Part shown: piece by piece, positions 49,990 through 62,399 of the stretch
Numbering within the stretch: position 1 is the first letter of the stretch
Layout of the letters: each line of letters opens with the position of its first letter
Assembly (NCBI RefSeq): GCF_020745735.1
Contig: NC_083420.1
Span: 17,856,001 to 17,920,000 of the forward strand
Direction of reading: 5' to 3'
Length of the DNA stretch: 64,000 bases
Source of the DNA: Hemiscyllium ocellatum
Taxonomy: Eukaryota
The notes under the pieces: model-generated
Told to the model about the DNA's origin: nothing
What the model saw: the letters and a program-made list of their open reading frames with translations, nothing else
Databases searched by the model: none
Translations under genes and position numbers: made by a program

Positions 49990-50212
49990 AAAGATGCGTT
50001 CTTAGAGTGTGTTTCATGACCTTTGCAAATAATTAACTGCTTTTTGAAATGTATTCATTGTTGGAGCATGGAATGGAAAGCAAAATCCCTCAAACAAGAA
50101 TGAAGTAATGAGCAGTAATCTGTGTTTTTTGGGTTATTGATTGAGAGATAAACAGTGGCCAGAGCAACAGAGAGGGCTGCCTTCTCTTAAAAATATCAGT
50201 CCCATAGGATTA
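49990..50212 (-). mobile_element. Degenerate Deu-domain SINE
   Basis: AATGAGCAGTAATCTGTG..GATTGAGAGATAAACAGTGGCCAG. Confidence 0.5.
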
Positions 50213-50474
50213 TCCAGCATGGAAACAGACTGTTCAGTCTAACTCATCCAGGCTGACCAGGATTACTTTTCAGGCTAGGCAGTGTTAGTGGCATCTATTC
50301 TGCAGGTGCAACCAGAATGGGGAAAACCCCATCTAACAGCCCACCACATTGTCTTTCAATCAGTCCTGCTGGGAGTGTTCAAAAATGGCACTTAGGGCAG
50401 GTAGAGCCAAGCCTGGCTGTGATGCCTTCCAAAGCTGAATAGGCTGCCTAGATTCATGGCTGAAGAATAACCCA

Positions 50475-50639
50475 AGTGAAAGTGAGGACTGTAGATATTG
50501 AAGATCAGAGTCAAGAGTGTGATGCTAGAAAAGCACAACAGGTCAGGCAGCGTCTGAGGAGCAGGAGAATTGATGTTTCAGGCAAGAGTCCTTCATCAGT
50601 TGATTCTCCTGCTTCTCGGATGCTGCGTGACCTACTAAC
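50475..50639. mobile_element. PLE terminal stub with fold-back and exact 10-bp TSD
   Basis: GAATAACCCA at 50465-50474 and 50640-50649. Confidence 0.85.
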
Positions 50640-50654
50640 GAATAACCCAGTTGA

Positions 50655-50950
50655 AGTATCAATTTATGTGGTGCACGTAATGTCTCAAGGTACTTCAGAG
50701 CAGCATTAACAAACAAAATTGTCAAGAAAGCACGTAAGGTAGTGTCAGGATGGTGAAAAAGTTAGGGGTTTATGGAGTCTCTTAAAGGTGAAAAGGGGTG
50801 GAGCAGTTTAGTGAAGGATTTCCAGGAATAAGGGCTAAGGTAGTTGAACGTTTACAATGATGGGGCAATGAGAATAGAGGATTGCAGAGACCTTGGATGG
50901 TTGTGGGCTAGAGGAGATATCAGAGTGAAAGAGAGAGAGGATACCCCAGA
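50655..50950 (-). mobile_element. Degenerate L2-like 3' fragment
   Basis: Weak similarity to 37030-37215. Confidence 0.4.
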
Positions 50951-52109
50951 GAACAGACCCAGGCTTCAGAGTAGATGGGGAAAAAAAATGAAATGAAATA
51001 TTGCTGCCATTATGCACGATGCACAATTACCATTCACATAGGATGGTAGCTTTTCCCCCCAAAAGTAATTATGTTGTAATTAGCTGATGTGATTCTTTTA
51101 AAAAAAACTGTGTTGAACCTAAGTGACTGTTCTCTTTAAAAATACAAACCAACATTTTATCCTCCTGATAGACTTCACCATATCCCAGAAGGATTCTGTG
51201 GGTGTGGTGGAAAATCAGCTACTAACACATTTGGGGCCAAAACAGACTTGGGCAAACTCTCTACTGTCACGCAGCCCCCAAGACTTCCCTCCCACAACCT
51301 TGCTTCCCAGTGGCTTAGCCATGAGTACAGGAAATATACAAACTGTGGAAGATCCTGTGTTTGATTCCCACCGCACTCAGTTAGCCCTTCTGAGCAGGAC
51401 AACAACAGCTGAAATAATGAAACCTATATGATATGTTCGGCTTTGGAACTGTGCCCTTACTTCAGGTAAAGTGGAAGTGATCATGTGGCCTGCTCCGAAG
51501 TCTGGTTGATTCCAGGCACGGAGACATCAAAAATCAAAGGATGAGTATCAAAGACAGACAGACAAACAAAGATTTCTGTGTGGTCAAATAGATAGACAAG
51601 GTGGTTAAGAGCAAATATGTTGCTTGCCTTTGTGAACTGGTTGTGGGAATGAGACTATCTCTAGTTGAAGAGATGCATCTCAGAGGGATCTAAAGACTGC
51701 AGGAGGTTTGTCTAAGCGTGACTGGGGGGAGAAAATCCATTGAGATAGACTTTACTGTTCCAGGTGGATTCCTAAACTCTATAAAAACTGAGGGAAGCTG
51801 CCGGTAGGTGAAACATGAAAATGCAAATCCAAAGCAAGGAGCCACTGCATATCATTTGCAATAAGAATTGTAACTGTATGGAATGTGAAATGTGTGGTAC
51901 GTTTGAAAGGGGAATGATCCTCTTTGTTGTTCAAAGTTTAAGTTGTCTATAACAGTAATGTTTTAGTCATCAGTCTTTCAGTCACCTGTTGCAGGAAAGG
52001 TTTTAAGATGTAAACTTTGGCTATGTTATTCTTTTTAACCATTAACTGGAATTGTGAATGTCATTGGGTTCTACTGATATCATGATGCAATTAAATTTTG
52101 CATTTGCAT

Positions 52110-52360
52110 GGGCAAAAAAAACTACATTGTTATTTGTGGTGGTTTGCTGCATTTTCTGATGAAGGGTTATGCCCAAAACGTCAACCCTGTTGCTCCTCAG
52201 ATGCTGCCTGATCTGCTGTGCCTTTCTCAAAGCCACACTTTATTGAGTCTGTGTTTTTTACATTACAATGATGACTACAATTCAGAAAGTAATTTGTTGG
52301 TTCTAAAGTGCTTTGAGATGTTCTGAGCTTGTGAAAAGCCTTATATTAATGCAGCTTTTC
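52110..52360 (+). mobile_element. Deu-SINE 3' part interrupted by a PLE stub (52155-52250)
   Basis: CTGATGAAGGGTTATGCCCAAAACGTC stub; SINE tail TAAAGTGCTTTGAGATG..GTGAAAAGCC. Confidence 0.65.
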
Positions 52361-53374
52361 TCAGCTTGTTCTAATTAGGCCATCAAGATGGTTGAATGAC
52401 AAAAAAGTTGAATACCGATTCTCAGGCTGGGAATAGGAAAGAATGGAAACATAACTTCCTAGCTTTCTTTTTTTTCCCCCTATTTTCTGTTTTGTTTTTC
52501 TTCTTATGAGGAAATAAAGCACTATATCCCTGGCAGTGTTCATGTTCTTGGTTCATTTACTTAAAAAAATATTTACTATGAGTATTTTTCTGATCAAACT
52601 GTTCAGAAGTGCCTAGCTTTCTAATGCTAGAGATAAAGATCTTATAATAACACAAAGCAGGTTTTTGTTTTCCCATATTCAGAGTTCTTCACCTTGTTCA
52701 CATCTAAACAAGTTGGAAGATCCATTGTCCTGAGTAAAGTCACTGCGATACGTACATTTGTCAGATATATGGCCTATAAATGCAAAGTCAGCAGAGTGTT
52801 AGTACAGAGCAATCAACACTACAGCAATGCAAAGAGAGGCATTTCTGATTAGTCACAGAAGCATCCACTGGAAACCTACTTAAACACAGAGAGCAGGATT
52901 CACCTTTTTAAGAGTGGCATAAATCCAAATTGCTGGTGTGAATGAATAAATATCGTTCTTAACAATTGGCATGTGTTGGGTTGATAGGTTATTTTAATCT
53001 TTGGTATCTAGGTCAGATTGTTTTGCAACAATGCTTGTTATGAGAGCAAATTGGCCAAATACAGCTGAATTCATGCAAAAATGTTTATGCATCCTGAATT
53101 GATGTTTGAAATAATTCATGTATTAAAAAGGGAGCTGTACTCACTAGAGCGTACTGTGAATGTCTCTTAATAAACAGGACCGTGCATTGTTCAGTGGGAC
53201 TTGCTGAGTATGGCGGCCTGATAGAGTTTTAAGGTTAAAAGCTGCCCTTTGCTTCACCTGTTGGTATATTTTAGACACGGTTGGCAGAACACACCAAAGA
53301 CTCGTGCCATTGGCATTGCCTTTTTTGTTGCAAGTGTCTTTTGTGGAAATTCATTGCTTTCCTTGCTCTAATTG

Positions 53375-53690
53375 GGGTAGCACGACGGCTCAGTGATTAG
53401 CACTGCTGCCTCAAGGTGCCTGGGTCTGATTCCAGCCTTGGGTGACTGTCAGTGTGGAGTTTGCACTTTCTCCCTGTGTCTGCATGGGGCTTAGTCTAGG
53501 TGCTCTGGTTTCCTCCCATGGTCCAAAACGTGTAGGTTAAGTGAATTGGCCGTGCTAAAATGCCCATGTTGTACAGACTGGGTGCATTAATTAAGGGGGA
53601 ATAGGTCTGGGTGGGTCACTCTTTGGAGGGTTGGTGTGGGCATGTTGGGCGAAATGGCCTGTTTCCACACTGGAGGGATTCTATTCTATG
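53375..53690 (+). mobile_element. HE1 SINE
   Basis: GGCTCAGTGATTAGCACTGCTGCCTC head through the ATTCT tail. Confidence 0.9.
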
Positions 53691-53962
53691 TTTGTCCTCC
53701 ATGGATGAAAACCAGTGAGTGAGACATCTGTGGTCTCTCAGTACATTTTGGAAATGACAGGCTGGCGTTAGGAAATGACTACAAAGCTTTATGTTTGTTG
53801 AAAACCTTGGACTGGCATCCTGATGTCTGTCAGAGAAGGTGCCCTACTAGCCTCCATTTGTTTTATTTTCTGCACTGAACAACAATTCCACACAAGATGG
53901 CTGACATAGGAATGGGAATTGGTCCTCAGCCTATTACTCAAACTCTACTGCGACTGAAGCCC

Positions 53963-54738
53963 CTACAGTGGTTCCAAGATAGCGGCTGTGTGTAGGCTCT
54001 TGCCTGGGGCTCATCCGCTCCCACCTGCTTTCTCTCATTTTTATTGCTTTTGTTTATCTTTCTGGCGGCATTGGGTTGGCACTGAGAGCTGGCCATGCGG
54101 GGAATGGCAGCAGCCCCCTGGTGGTTTAAGACTGGTAGTGGCAGCAAGGATGTCCTCATTTGGGGCCAGTAGTAGTGACAGAAAAACTCCTCCATTGATC
54201 AGAGGTAGCAGCGGTACTGGCAAGGCAACATCTCATAGGATGGCAGCCGGAGGAGGGCTCTTGGGGAAATTGTGGCCTGATTGCCATAGGAATAGAGTGG
54301 GATTCTTGGCATTGGTATGCCCAGAATGGGAACTCCTGACGTCATCAGGTGGCAGCGCAGGCAGAGACTCCTGGTTAATGGCAAGGCGGGGTGGGTTCCT
54401 AGTGAGTGTGGGTTCAGCGTGGCACTTCGCATCAGTGAGTTGGGTCCTGGAGGTAAGAAGATGGCACCTGAAAAGTGGCGACTCCTACGTTGGGGGTCAA
54501 GTGCAGATGGCGCGAGATGGTGAGGGACGGGTGACAGTGCAGGTGTCGTTGGTGAGGTGGCTCAGGACTCATAGTGGAGGCAGTGGAACAAAGAGAGACT
54601 TTCTTCTAGTGATATCTTTTAACTTGTTTTATTCTTAAACAATTCAAAATGGCACCAAATTGGGTGATAGTTGAAGCTTTTCACTGTATCTTACTGTATT
54701 ACTCATTGTAAGTGACAAAAAATAATTCAATTCAATTG
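53963..54738 (+). mobile_element. Putative non-autonomous element with Rex1/Babar-like termini
   Basis: GC-richer block starting CAAGATAGCGGC and ending AAGCTTTTCACTGTATC..GTGACAA..(ATTCA)n. Confidence 0.45.
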
Positions 54739-55024
54739 ACTGTGGGTAGCTAGAGGTGGACAATAAATATGGGTATCACGCAAAATCCACGAACTAATAA
54801 TGGACACGGTGTTAGTAAACAAATCTCCCATGCCCATACAACTGTAAGATACAAGACACAAACGTTCAATGTTGATTTCTTTTTCTTTCAATGTCAGTCA
54901 CTTCCATTAAATTCAACATTCAGTATAATACTGTACTACAAATGTGCTTTTTGTATTTAAATTTTAACCAGAAACTCTTGCATTTCTCACTGAACTATCT
55001 TCACATGGTGTTTTCATCTTTTGC

Positions 55025-55031
55025 CTCTCTG

Positions 55032-55062
<31 letters not shown>

Positions 55063-55063
55063 C
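55025..55063. repeat. (CT)n microsatellite, imperfect
   Basis: CT run with two interruptions. Confidence 0.85.
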
Positions 55064-55464
55064 CAGCAGTGTTAGCTGTTGCTTGTCCTTTGAATGCCCA
55101 AACTTGGTCATCTCTGGACAAACAGAATGAAAGGGTTCTGTGTCTAAGGAGAAATCCATTGATACATCAGGATAATTTCTCAAGCTATTACCTTGTGTCC
55201 TCAGAAGTGAAATTGATGAGATATATTACCTGGAAGTTCATAAGTTCATGTCCCACGGCAGGGCACAACTGATGGGAGTGCTACACTGCCTGAGGTATTG
55301 TTATTAAGATGAAGCATTAAACCCTCTCAGCTAGATGCAAAAGATCCCACAGTCCCATTTGAAGAAGTCATGCACATTCATTTTGCTAATCTGATTGGGA
55401 TTTAATCCCACAGTAAGCATCATGAAAATAAACAGATTGTCTAGTTACTATCACATTACTGCGT

Positions 55465-56444
55465 GTTCTTGGGATGTGGACATCATTGTCTGGGCTGTCT
55501 GGGCCAGCATTCTTATCTGTCCTCAGTGCCCTTGGGAAGGTGCTGGTGAGCTGTCTTCTTAACCGCTGTAGTCCACCTGATGTGGGTTGACCCACAATGC
55601 CATTAGGGAGGGAATTCCAGGATTTTGACCCAATGACAGTGAAGAAACGGTGACATATTTCCAAGTCAGGATGACGAGTGGCTTGGAGGGGGACCGGCAG
55701 ATGGTGGTATTCTCATGTATCTGCTGCCTTTGTCCTTCCGGATGGAAGTAGTTATGGGATTGGAAGGTTTTGACTAAGGATCTTTGGTGAATTTCTGCAG
55801 TGCATCTGTAGACAGTACTCAATGCTGCAACTGAGCGTCAGTGGTGGAAGAAGTGGATGCTTGGTGGATGTAGTGCCAATCAATCAGGCTGCTTTGTCCT
55901 GGATGGTGTCAAGCTCCTTGAGTGTTGTTGGAGCTGCACCCATCCAGGCAAGTGGGGAGTATTCCATCAGACTCCTGACTTGTGCCTTGTAGATGGTGGA
56001 CAGACTTTTGGGGGGGTCAGAAGGTGAGTTAGTCACAACAATATTCCTTGTCTATGACTGCCCTTGCAGCTGTTGTGTTTATGTTCTGAGTCCAACTGAG
56101 TGTCTGATCAATGGTCACCCTTAGAATATTAATAATGGAGGATTTTTTGATAGTAACACCATTGAATGTCAAGGGCAGTGGTTAGTTTGTCTCTTATTGG
56201 AGATAGCCATCACCAGCATTTGTGTGGCACAAATGTACTTGCCACTTAACAGCCCAAGCCTTGATATTGTCCCGAACTTGTAGCACTTGAACACAGCTGC
56301 TTCAGTATCTAAGGAGTTGTACAAATTGTACAATCATTGGTAAACATCCCCACTTCTGACCTTATGATGGAGGGAAGATCATTGATGAAGCAGCTGAAGA
56401 TGGTTGGGTCTCGGCCATTACCCTGAGGAATTCCTGCAGAGATG
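55465..56444 (-). mobile_element. LINE-B, 5'-truncated
   Basis: ISAGIPQG..PTIFSCFINDLPSIIRSEVGMFTNDCT; FTVIGSKSWNSLPNGIVG. Confidence 0.88.
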
Positions 56445-56712
56445 TCATAGAGCCATAGAATTCCTGCAGTGTGGAAACAGGCCATTCGGCCCATTGAATC
56501 TATGCCGGACCTCCAAGGAGCATCCCACCCATCCCTGTAATCCTGCATATCCAATGGCCAATCCACCTAAACTGCACGTCTTTGGACTATGGAAAGAGAC
56601 TGGAGCGCCCGGACGAAACCTGTGCAGACACAAGGAGAATATACAAACTCCACACAGACTGTCCCCAAGGGTGGAATCAAACCTGGGTCCCTGGTGCTGT
56701 AAGGCAGTCATG
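56445..56712 (-). mobile_element. HE1 SINE
   Basis: Reverse HE1 body and tail. Confidence 0.85.
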
Positions 56713-57359
56713 CTGTCCTGAGTGTCCTGTGTGCAAATTGATAGCTGAGCTTCCTATGTTATCACAGTGCGTACACTTTTAAAAAATACTTTGTCGGTTG
56801 CACACTGTTGTAGGAGATCTGAAGTTAATGGAATGTGCTCCTTGAATATTAGGGTTTCCATTCACTCTGTTACAGTTGCTTTGTCCTGAATAACCTACAA
56901 AAGAAATGTCGGTTGGTGGCCAGTAAAGGGCCTCACTTTTCTGTGACCAACCAGTGTCAAATACCATTTCTCATGTTGATAGAAAGATACAGAGAAACAA
57001 ATTATTTCAGACTCCGTGACCTCTTGAATTTGCTTTCATCTGTAAAAGACTAATATTCCTTTATTTGGTCTGGCAACCTTCCAAAACTGTTTAAAATGTA
57101 ATTTCCAATTCATTTTTCCAATGTGATGTTTCCCACACTTTTTAATATAATTCTTATTGTAATTCCCCATTCAATGTTACTAAGCAACATGTTGTTGGTG
57201 CTAGCAGGTAACCAGCTCCTGTAAATACCCTCTACAGCTAAACCTGATCTGTTTCGTCCAGAAGAGCTGCTGCAGATTTGGAGATGGGCTTTCAGCAATG
57301 TATTCATACTTGATATGGTAACACTTATGTTAGCTCCCACAACATAGGAGTTAGTTTGA

Positions 57360-57660
57360 CGGCACGGTGGCTCAGTGGTTAGCATTGCTGCCTCACAGCG
57401 TCACGGACCTAGGTTCAATTCCAGCCTTGGCCGACTGTCAGTGTGAAGTTTGCACATTGTCTGTGTGAGTTACCTCTGGGTGCTCAAGTTTCCTCCCACA
57501 GTCCAAAGATGTGCCGGTTAGGTGGATTGCCTGTGGGAAATGCAGGGTTACAGGGATACGGTAGTGGCGTGGGTCTGAGGGGAATGCTCCTCAGAAGGGC
57601 AGTTTGAACTCGATGAGCCAAATGGCCTGCTTCCACACTTTGGGATTCTGAAAAAAAAAT
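57360..57660 (+). mobile_element. HE1 SINE
   Basis: GGCACGGTGGCTCAGTGGTTAGC head, GGTTCAATTCC B-box. Confidence 0.9.
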
Positions 57661-58579
57661 GACGTACGGAAACATGCAATAAGCTTTACAGCTCCTTGTA
57701 TCTGTATATACACGTTACAATCAGAGCCACTTCTGTGTCTGGGCTTAAATCAAGCAAATTGTAAAATGCTTCCCTCAGCCTGTCATGCTGCAAGAGAGAG
57801 CTCAGTAAGGTGGAGACAGACCCATCTAGTCACATGCTAAGATATGGCGATTATATCATGTGTTTACCTCTTAAAGGTATGCTTGCTCTGGGATATAACA
57901 CAACACTGAACTCTGTTACAAACATGACAAAAAGCGCATTCATTAACTTTGGTCTGTTCAATTAAAAGCCATGTACCTGATGGATTGAGGTCTGGGTACA
58001 ATGGATCAGAAAAGCAATTGGGCTAACTTTGACTCAGCCAACCTCCCACCTTAAAATGTCATGACTGAAGCTGATTCCAGTTTGTTTTTTGTTGCATATA
58101 TTGTCAGTTTTGTTTTTCTGAAAGGGCAGCATTATTGATTTCTGTGTTGAAATCAAAAAAAGGAAGTTGGATGAAATGAAGCTTTAAACTGCTCGCTGAC
58201 ATAATGATGAACGTTCCAGAGCACTAAAAGCCGCTAAGAGAGACTGAAAAGCACGTTCATGTTGAACGAGGAAATTGCGGGCTGGCTCAGCTACACATCT
58301 ACCCTGAGGAAGGAGGAGAGGCCAGAAGATACTATTGGCAGACTTTATTCTAATCTGCACTTGGAATAAAGCAGCTGCCTCTCAGTGGACTCTGTAGAGA
58401 CAGGAGCATTGCTTGCATTAATTCTTCATCTCCAACAACATCAGCCAGGGTTCACGTCAGCATTTTATTGATGTGTACCATCCATTTCACTGTGCTGTTG
58501 AGCAGACATGTTACAGTGTAAGCTTTGGTATGCTCAGGAGTGGAAATACGATTTTCCCTTTAATCCCCTTGTGCTTTCT

Positions 58580-59370
58580 CTTCACACTGAGGGTGTGGGC
58601 ATTGCTGATTGGGTTGGTATTTATTGTCTATCCCTATCTGCCCTTGCCGAGGTGATGGTGAGCTGTTGTGTTGTTGGACTGAAAGTGCTGAACAGATTCC
58701 TATAAGGTCTGACCAAAATGGTTACAAGAAGATGTGTGCACATCAATATATAGCTAATTTATTGGGTTAAAATACTTAATTAATAAGTATTAATTTATAA
58801 TTGTGTGTGTATATATATTAAAGCTAAATGGTTAGGTTAAACCACTGACGTATACATTAAACAAATGAGTCTCACACTGTGTTGCTGTCTGATGGGTACT
58901 TTTTCAATGCAACATTTGCTTCAGTTGCTCACAGTTGTGTCCAATTAACCCATAACAATTAACTCTTATTAGTCTGGGTTGGTAGTATCAATTTTAAGCC
59001 CAACACTGTAGCAATCCTCTTGAATCTCTGTACTCCATTTTTGCCAATATTGTGAGGTAGTGAGTTCCAGGATTTTGATTAAACAATGGCGAAGGGGCAC
59101 CAATTTTGTTTCAAGTCAGGTAGCTATGACTTGGAGGGAATGTGCAGGTGGGAAATCCATTGCCCTTGTCTTTTGGAGTGGGACTTTGGAGTAGGTTTGA
59201 AAACTCTTGTTGATGGAGCCTTGGTGAGTTACTGTGGTGCATCTTGTAGATGGTATGCATGGTTGCCACTGAGCAGTGGTAGTGGAGGGAGTGAATGTTT
59301 CAATCTGTGTATCAATGGTCTGCTTTGTCTGTTTGGTGCAGGGCTATTTGAGTGTTGTTTTCGTGCATTG
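58580..59370 (-). mobile_element. Degenerate LINE-B 3' fragment, interrupted
   Basis: GTGTGGGCATTGCTG..GGTGATGGTGAGCTG|insert|GAGTTCCAGGATTTTGA..GCATCTTGTAGATGG. Confidence 0.65.
58672..59005. mobile_element. Candidate MITE or solo LTR with inverted termini
   Basis: TGTTGGACTGAAAGTG ... CAATTTTAAGCCCAACA imperfect TIRs; AT-rich interior; interrupts LINE-B. Confidence 0.5.
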
Positions 59371-59849
59371 ATCCCGGCACATTTAAATGGCCAACTCCAA
59401 ATCTTACGCTTTCCAATTCCTAAATTTGCTTTATTCCAGACAAATTAAAGCTGCAAAGATTAAAAAGACCTCAAATTGATGTGTTGACATGGTTCCCCAT
59501 CCTATAATTTGTCCAATAAATATGTGTGCACATTTCTTTGCAATAACCACTAAAAACAGCTTGGAATAGATCAGGAGCATTTTCAACGTAAACAAGGAAG
59601 TCGGTGGTGAGCCACAGGTCTGACAGTTGACCATAGTAGATCCTAAGGGGTTGTGGACTAGTCTGTGCACACAGTGATAATGAACATTGCAGCATTCTGT
59701 CGAGGCAGGAAAGAAGCACTGACATTCTGATTTCTCCATGGGCCAGACATATCTTATTGCTGTAGTACACCATCTGCCTGCAGCTATCCTGTGTGCATTT
59801 GTAGGGACCATTTATTTTCTGCTTTCAATGTCTGTGGTGATAATTGCCT

Positions 59850-60245
59850 GTTCTCTGCTTGTTTTTATTTGCTCTCTCTTTTCTTTCCATTCACTCATTT
59901 TTTCCTTCACTCACTCCCCCTCCCTTTTGTTACTTGCCCCTTCATTTTTCTCCACTTCTCTCTTATTCTCCTTCAATTTCTTTCCCCTTCTCACTGTTTC
60001 CCTTCATGTTCATTCTCCTTCCTTTTCTCCTCTTGCTCTCTTCCTGCTCAGTATTTTTTCCCCTCTGCATCGTCATTGCTCTTTACCTCTCTCCTGCTTC
60101 ATCTCTCTCTTTCCCCTTGATCATTTCCACCTTTCTCAGTCTCCTTTTTGTTTCAATCCTTATGGGTCTTTCTTCCTTCTCTTCCATGACCATTTTGTCC
60201 TCTTCTGTCCTCTCTTGTCTATAGTCAATTATTTTTTCTACCTTG
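59850..60245. repeat. Pyrimidine-rich low-complexity tract
   Basis: About 400 bp strongly dominated by C/T on the + strand. Confidence 0.8.
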
Positions 60246-60290
60246 GCTGACTCCAATGTAAATTCCTGCACATGACCTAAATTTGATTTA

Positions 60291-60605
60291 GGGCGGCACG
60301 GTGGCTCAGTGGTTAGCACTGCTGCCTCACAGCACCAGGGTCCCAGGCTTGATTCCAGCCTCGGGCGACTGTTTGTGTGGAGTTTATACATTCTCCCTGT
60401 GTCTGCGTGGGTTTCCTCCGGGTGCTCCGGTTTCCTCCCGCAGTCCAAAGATGTGCAGGTCAGGTGGATTGGCCACGCCAAATTGCCCGTAGTGTTAGGT
60501 GCATTAGTCAGAAGGAAATGGGTCTGGATGGGTTACTCTTCGGAGGGTCGGTGTGGACTGGTTGGGCCGAAGGGCCTGTTTCCACACTGTAGGAAATCTA
60601 ATCTT
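60291..60605 (+). mobile_element. HE1 SINE, full length
   Basis: GGGCGGCACGGTGGCTCAGTGG to AATCTAATC; retains several CpGs. Confidence 0.95.
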
Positions 60606-60819
60606 AATGCTTTTACAGGAGCTTTGCCATGTGATGTTCTGCCAGATGCAAGTTTACAGAAATTATAAAATTAAGTTCTGGCAAAAACCTCTAGGCAGTG
60701 AAGGGAAAAAGGACTGGGGGAATTGTCAAGGGATGGTAATTGGAGGATTTCAGTAGTAAGCTTCCTTAAAGAAATAGAGGCATGGATTTCTCAAGCATCC
60801 TTCAAGATAGAAGAAGTCC

Positions 60820-61160
60820 TCCATGGTGGCAGAGTGGTTAGCACTGCTACCTCACAGCACCAGGGACCCAGGTTCGATTCCACCCTCGGGAGACTATATG
60901 AAGCTTACACATTCTCCCCGTGTCTGTATTAGTTCCCACCAGGTGCTCTGATTTCCTCATAAAACCAAAGATGTATAAGTTAGGTAAATTGGCCAAGCTA
61001 AATTGCCCATAGCATCCAGGGAGGTTGGGTGGATTAGCCATGGGAAATACACATTTCTGGAGAGAGGGTGTGTGTCAGGGTGGGAAGCTCTTTGGAGGGT
61101 CAGTGCCAATTTGATGGGTCAAATTGCCTCTCTCTGCACTAAAGGGGATTCTATTCTATG
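60820..61160 (+). mobile_element. HE1 SINE inside a reverse Deu-SINE remnant (to about 61335)
   Basis: B-box GGTTCGATTCC; flank GCAGCACCCAATTTCTGCACAG..TGAGGGATAAACATTG. Confidence 0.85.
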
Positions 61161-62399
61161 AAGTGTGGCCATCATTGAAATGCAGCACCCAATTTCTGCA
61201 CAGCCAGCTCGCACTAACAGCAGTGGGATAATGATAATTTATTTCCAGGATGTTCCTTGAGGGATAAACATTGCTTCGGAGACAGGGAAGCTTTCCCTAT
61301 AAAATAATGCCAGAAAATGTTTTACATCCACACCGGGAGGTGGTGGGTGGTGGGAGATGGGGTGAACAAGACTTCTCTTCAACTTCTCATCCCAAATTTG
61401 GAAGTCCTAAAGCACTTTCACAAGTGTTACAAATTTCAGACATGGGAGTGAGGGTACTGTCTGCTAAGCGTGGTAATGAATGGAATTTAGTGCAGAACCT
61501 CATCAACATTTTACTTCAGCCCTCATGAAGGCTGTGTGAGCATGTTCTGTTTTAACTCACCTGGAGATGGTCACAGGTTTGACCCTTTATCTTGGCTGCT
61601 CATTGAAATAAGGGGGCGGGGCATGACAATTGGGATGTATTAGGAGAGAGGGGTTTTTGTGATTCGCTCTTTCTGGCCTCCACTCACTGAGCCCAATGTA
61701 TACCCTGGCACTGAGTGAGTTGGAGAAACAACTCCATGTTAAGCTTCCTGCTGATACTCAGTGCCAAGACTCGTGGCTAGAAAATAGTCACTTGTCACTT
61801 AGAGGGACTTCCTGGAAACATAAAATTTCAGCTCCTCAGGTCACGGTGAGTTGGGGGAAGGGATGGAATCAGGAAGGAAATAGATCACAAAGAATCGAGA
61901 CGAAGCAAGAAAATAATTGTTTCTAATTGTATGGACTGGGATCCATGTATGCTAGTGTAATAGGTTAGTTATCAGTTATTGACTTCAAGAAGACATTGTT
62001 AAGTATCTTGTGAGGGGACTAAACTGATCCCACCATAAAATATATATCAGCATTTCCATTTTGTTTAGCAGAGGCTGCTCCCTTTGTAGCAACCTGGTTC
62101 AGTCGCCTACTATTTCTGTCCAGCACCTCCCATGGAAGAACAGTTGTACATAAACCACATCATATATATCCCAGATCCCCCAAAGGCTGTTCTGTGCTGA
62201 GGGTAGAACAGCATAGTGACAGTGTTATTGGCCTGAGTAACCTGGAGACCTAGACTAATGACCTAAAGAACATATTCCAATCCCACCAGGTGCATTCGAG
62301 AATAAAATGGAAAACTCTAATATCACAAAGAGTACTGCAAGCTATTGGTTGTCTATGGAGAATGTTCCTACTCACTAAATGTTTCTTTAAGGGTTGACT

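Larger units (their letters stand above)
55268..56830 (+). mobile_element. Deu-domain SINE split by LINE-B and HE1
   Basis: 55268-55464 (GGGAGTGCTACACTG..AAAAGATCCCA..ATCACATTACTG) resumes near 56727 (CTGTGTGCAAATTG..TTCCTATGTTA). Confidence 0.6.

Noticed and set aside
57238-57317. Possible 80-nt exon (AKPDLFRPEELLQIWRWAFSNVFILDM) between AG and GT
   Set aside because: Weak splice signals, no recognisable homology and no partner exons; needs RNA-seq
59738-60250. 170-aa hydrophobic ORF resembling a membrane protein
   Set aside because: Artefact of the C/T-rich tract; all three frames are open
60291-60365. tRNA gene
   Set aside because: tRNA-derived head of an HE1 SINE that continues into the V-domain and LINE tail
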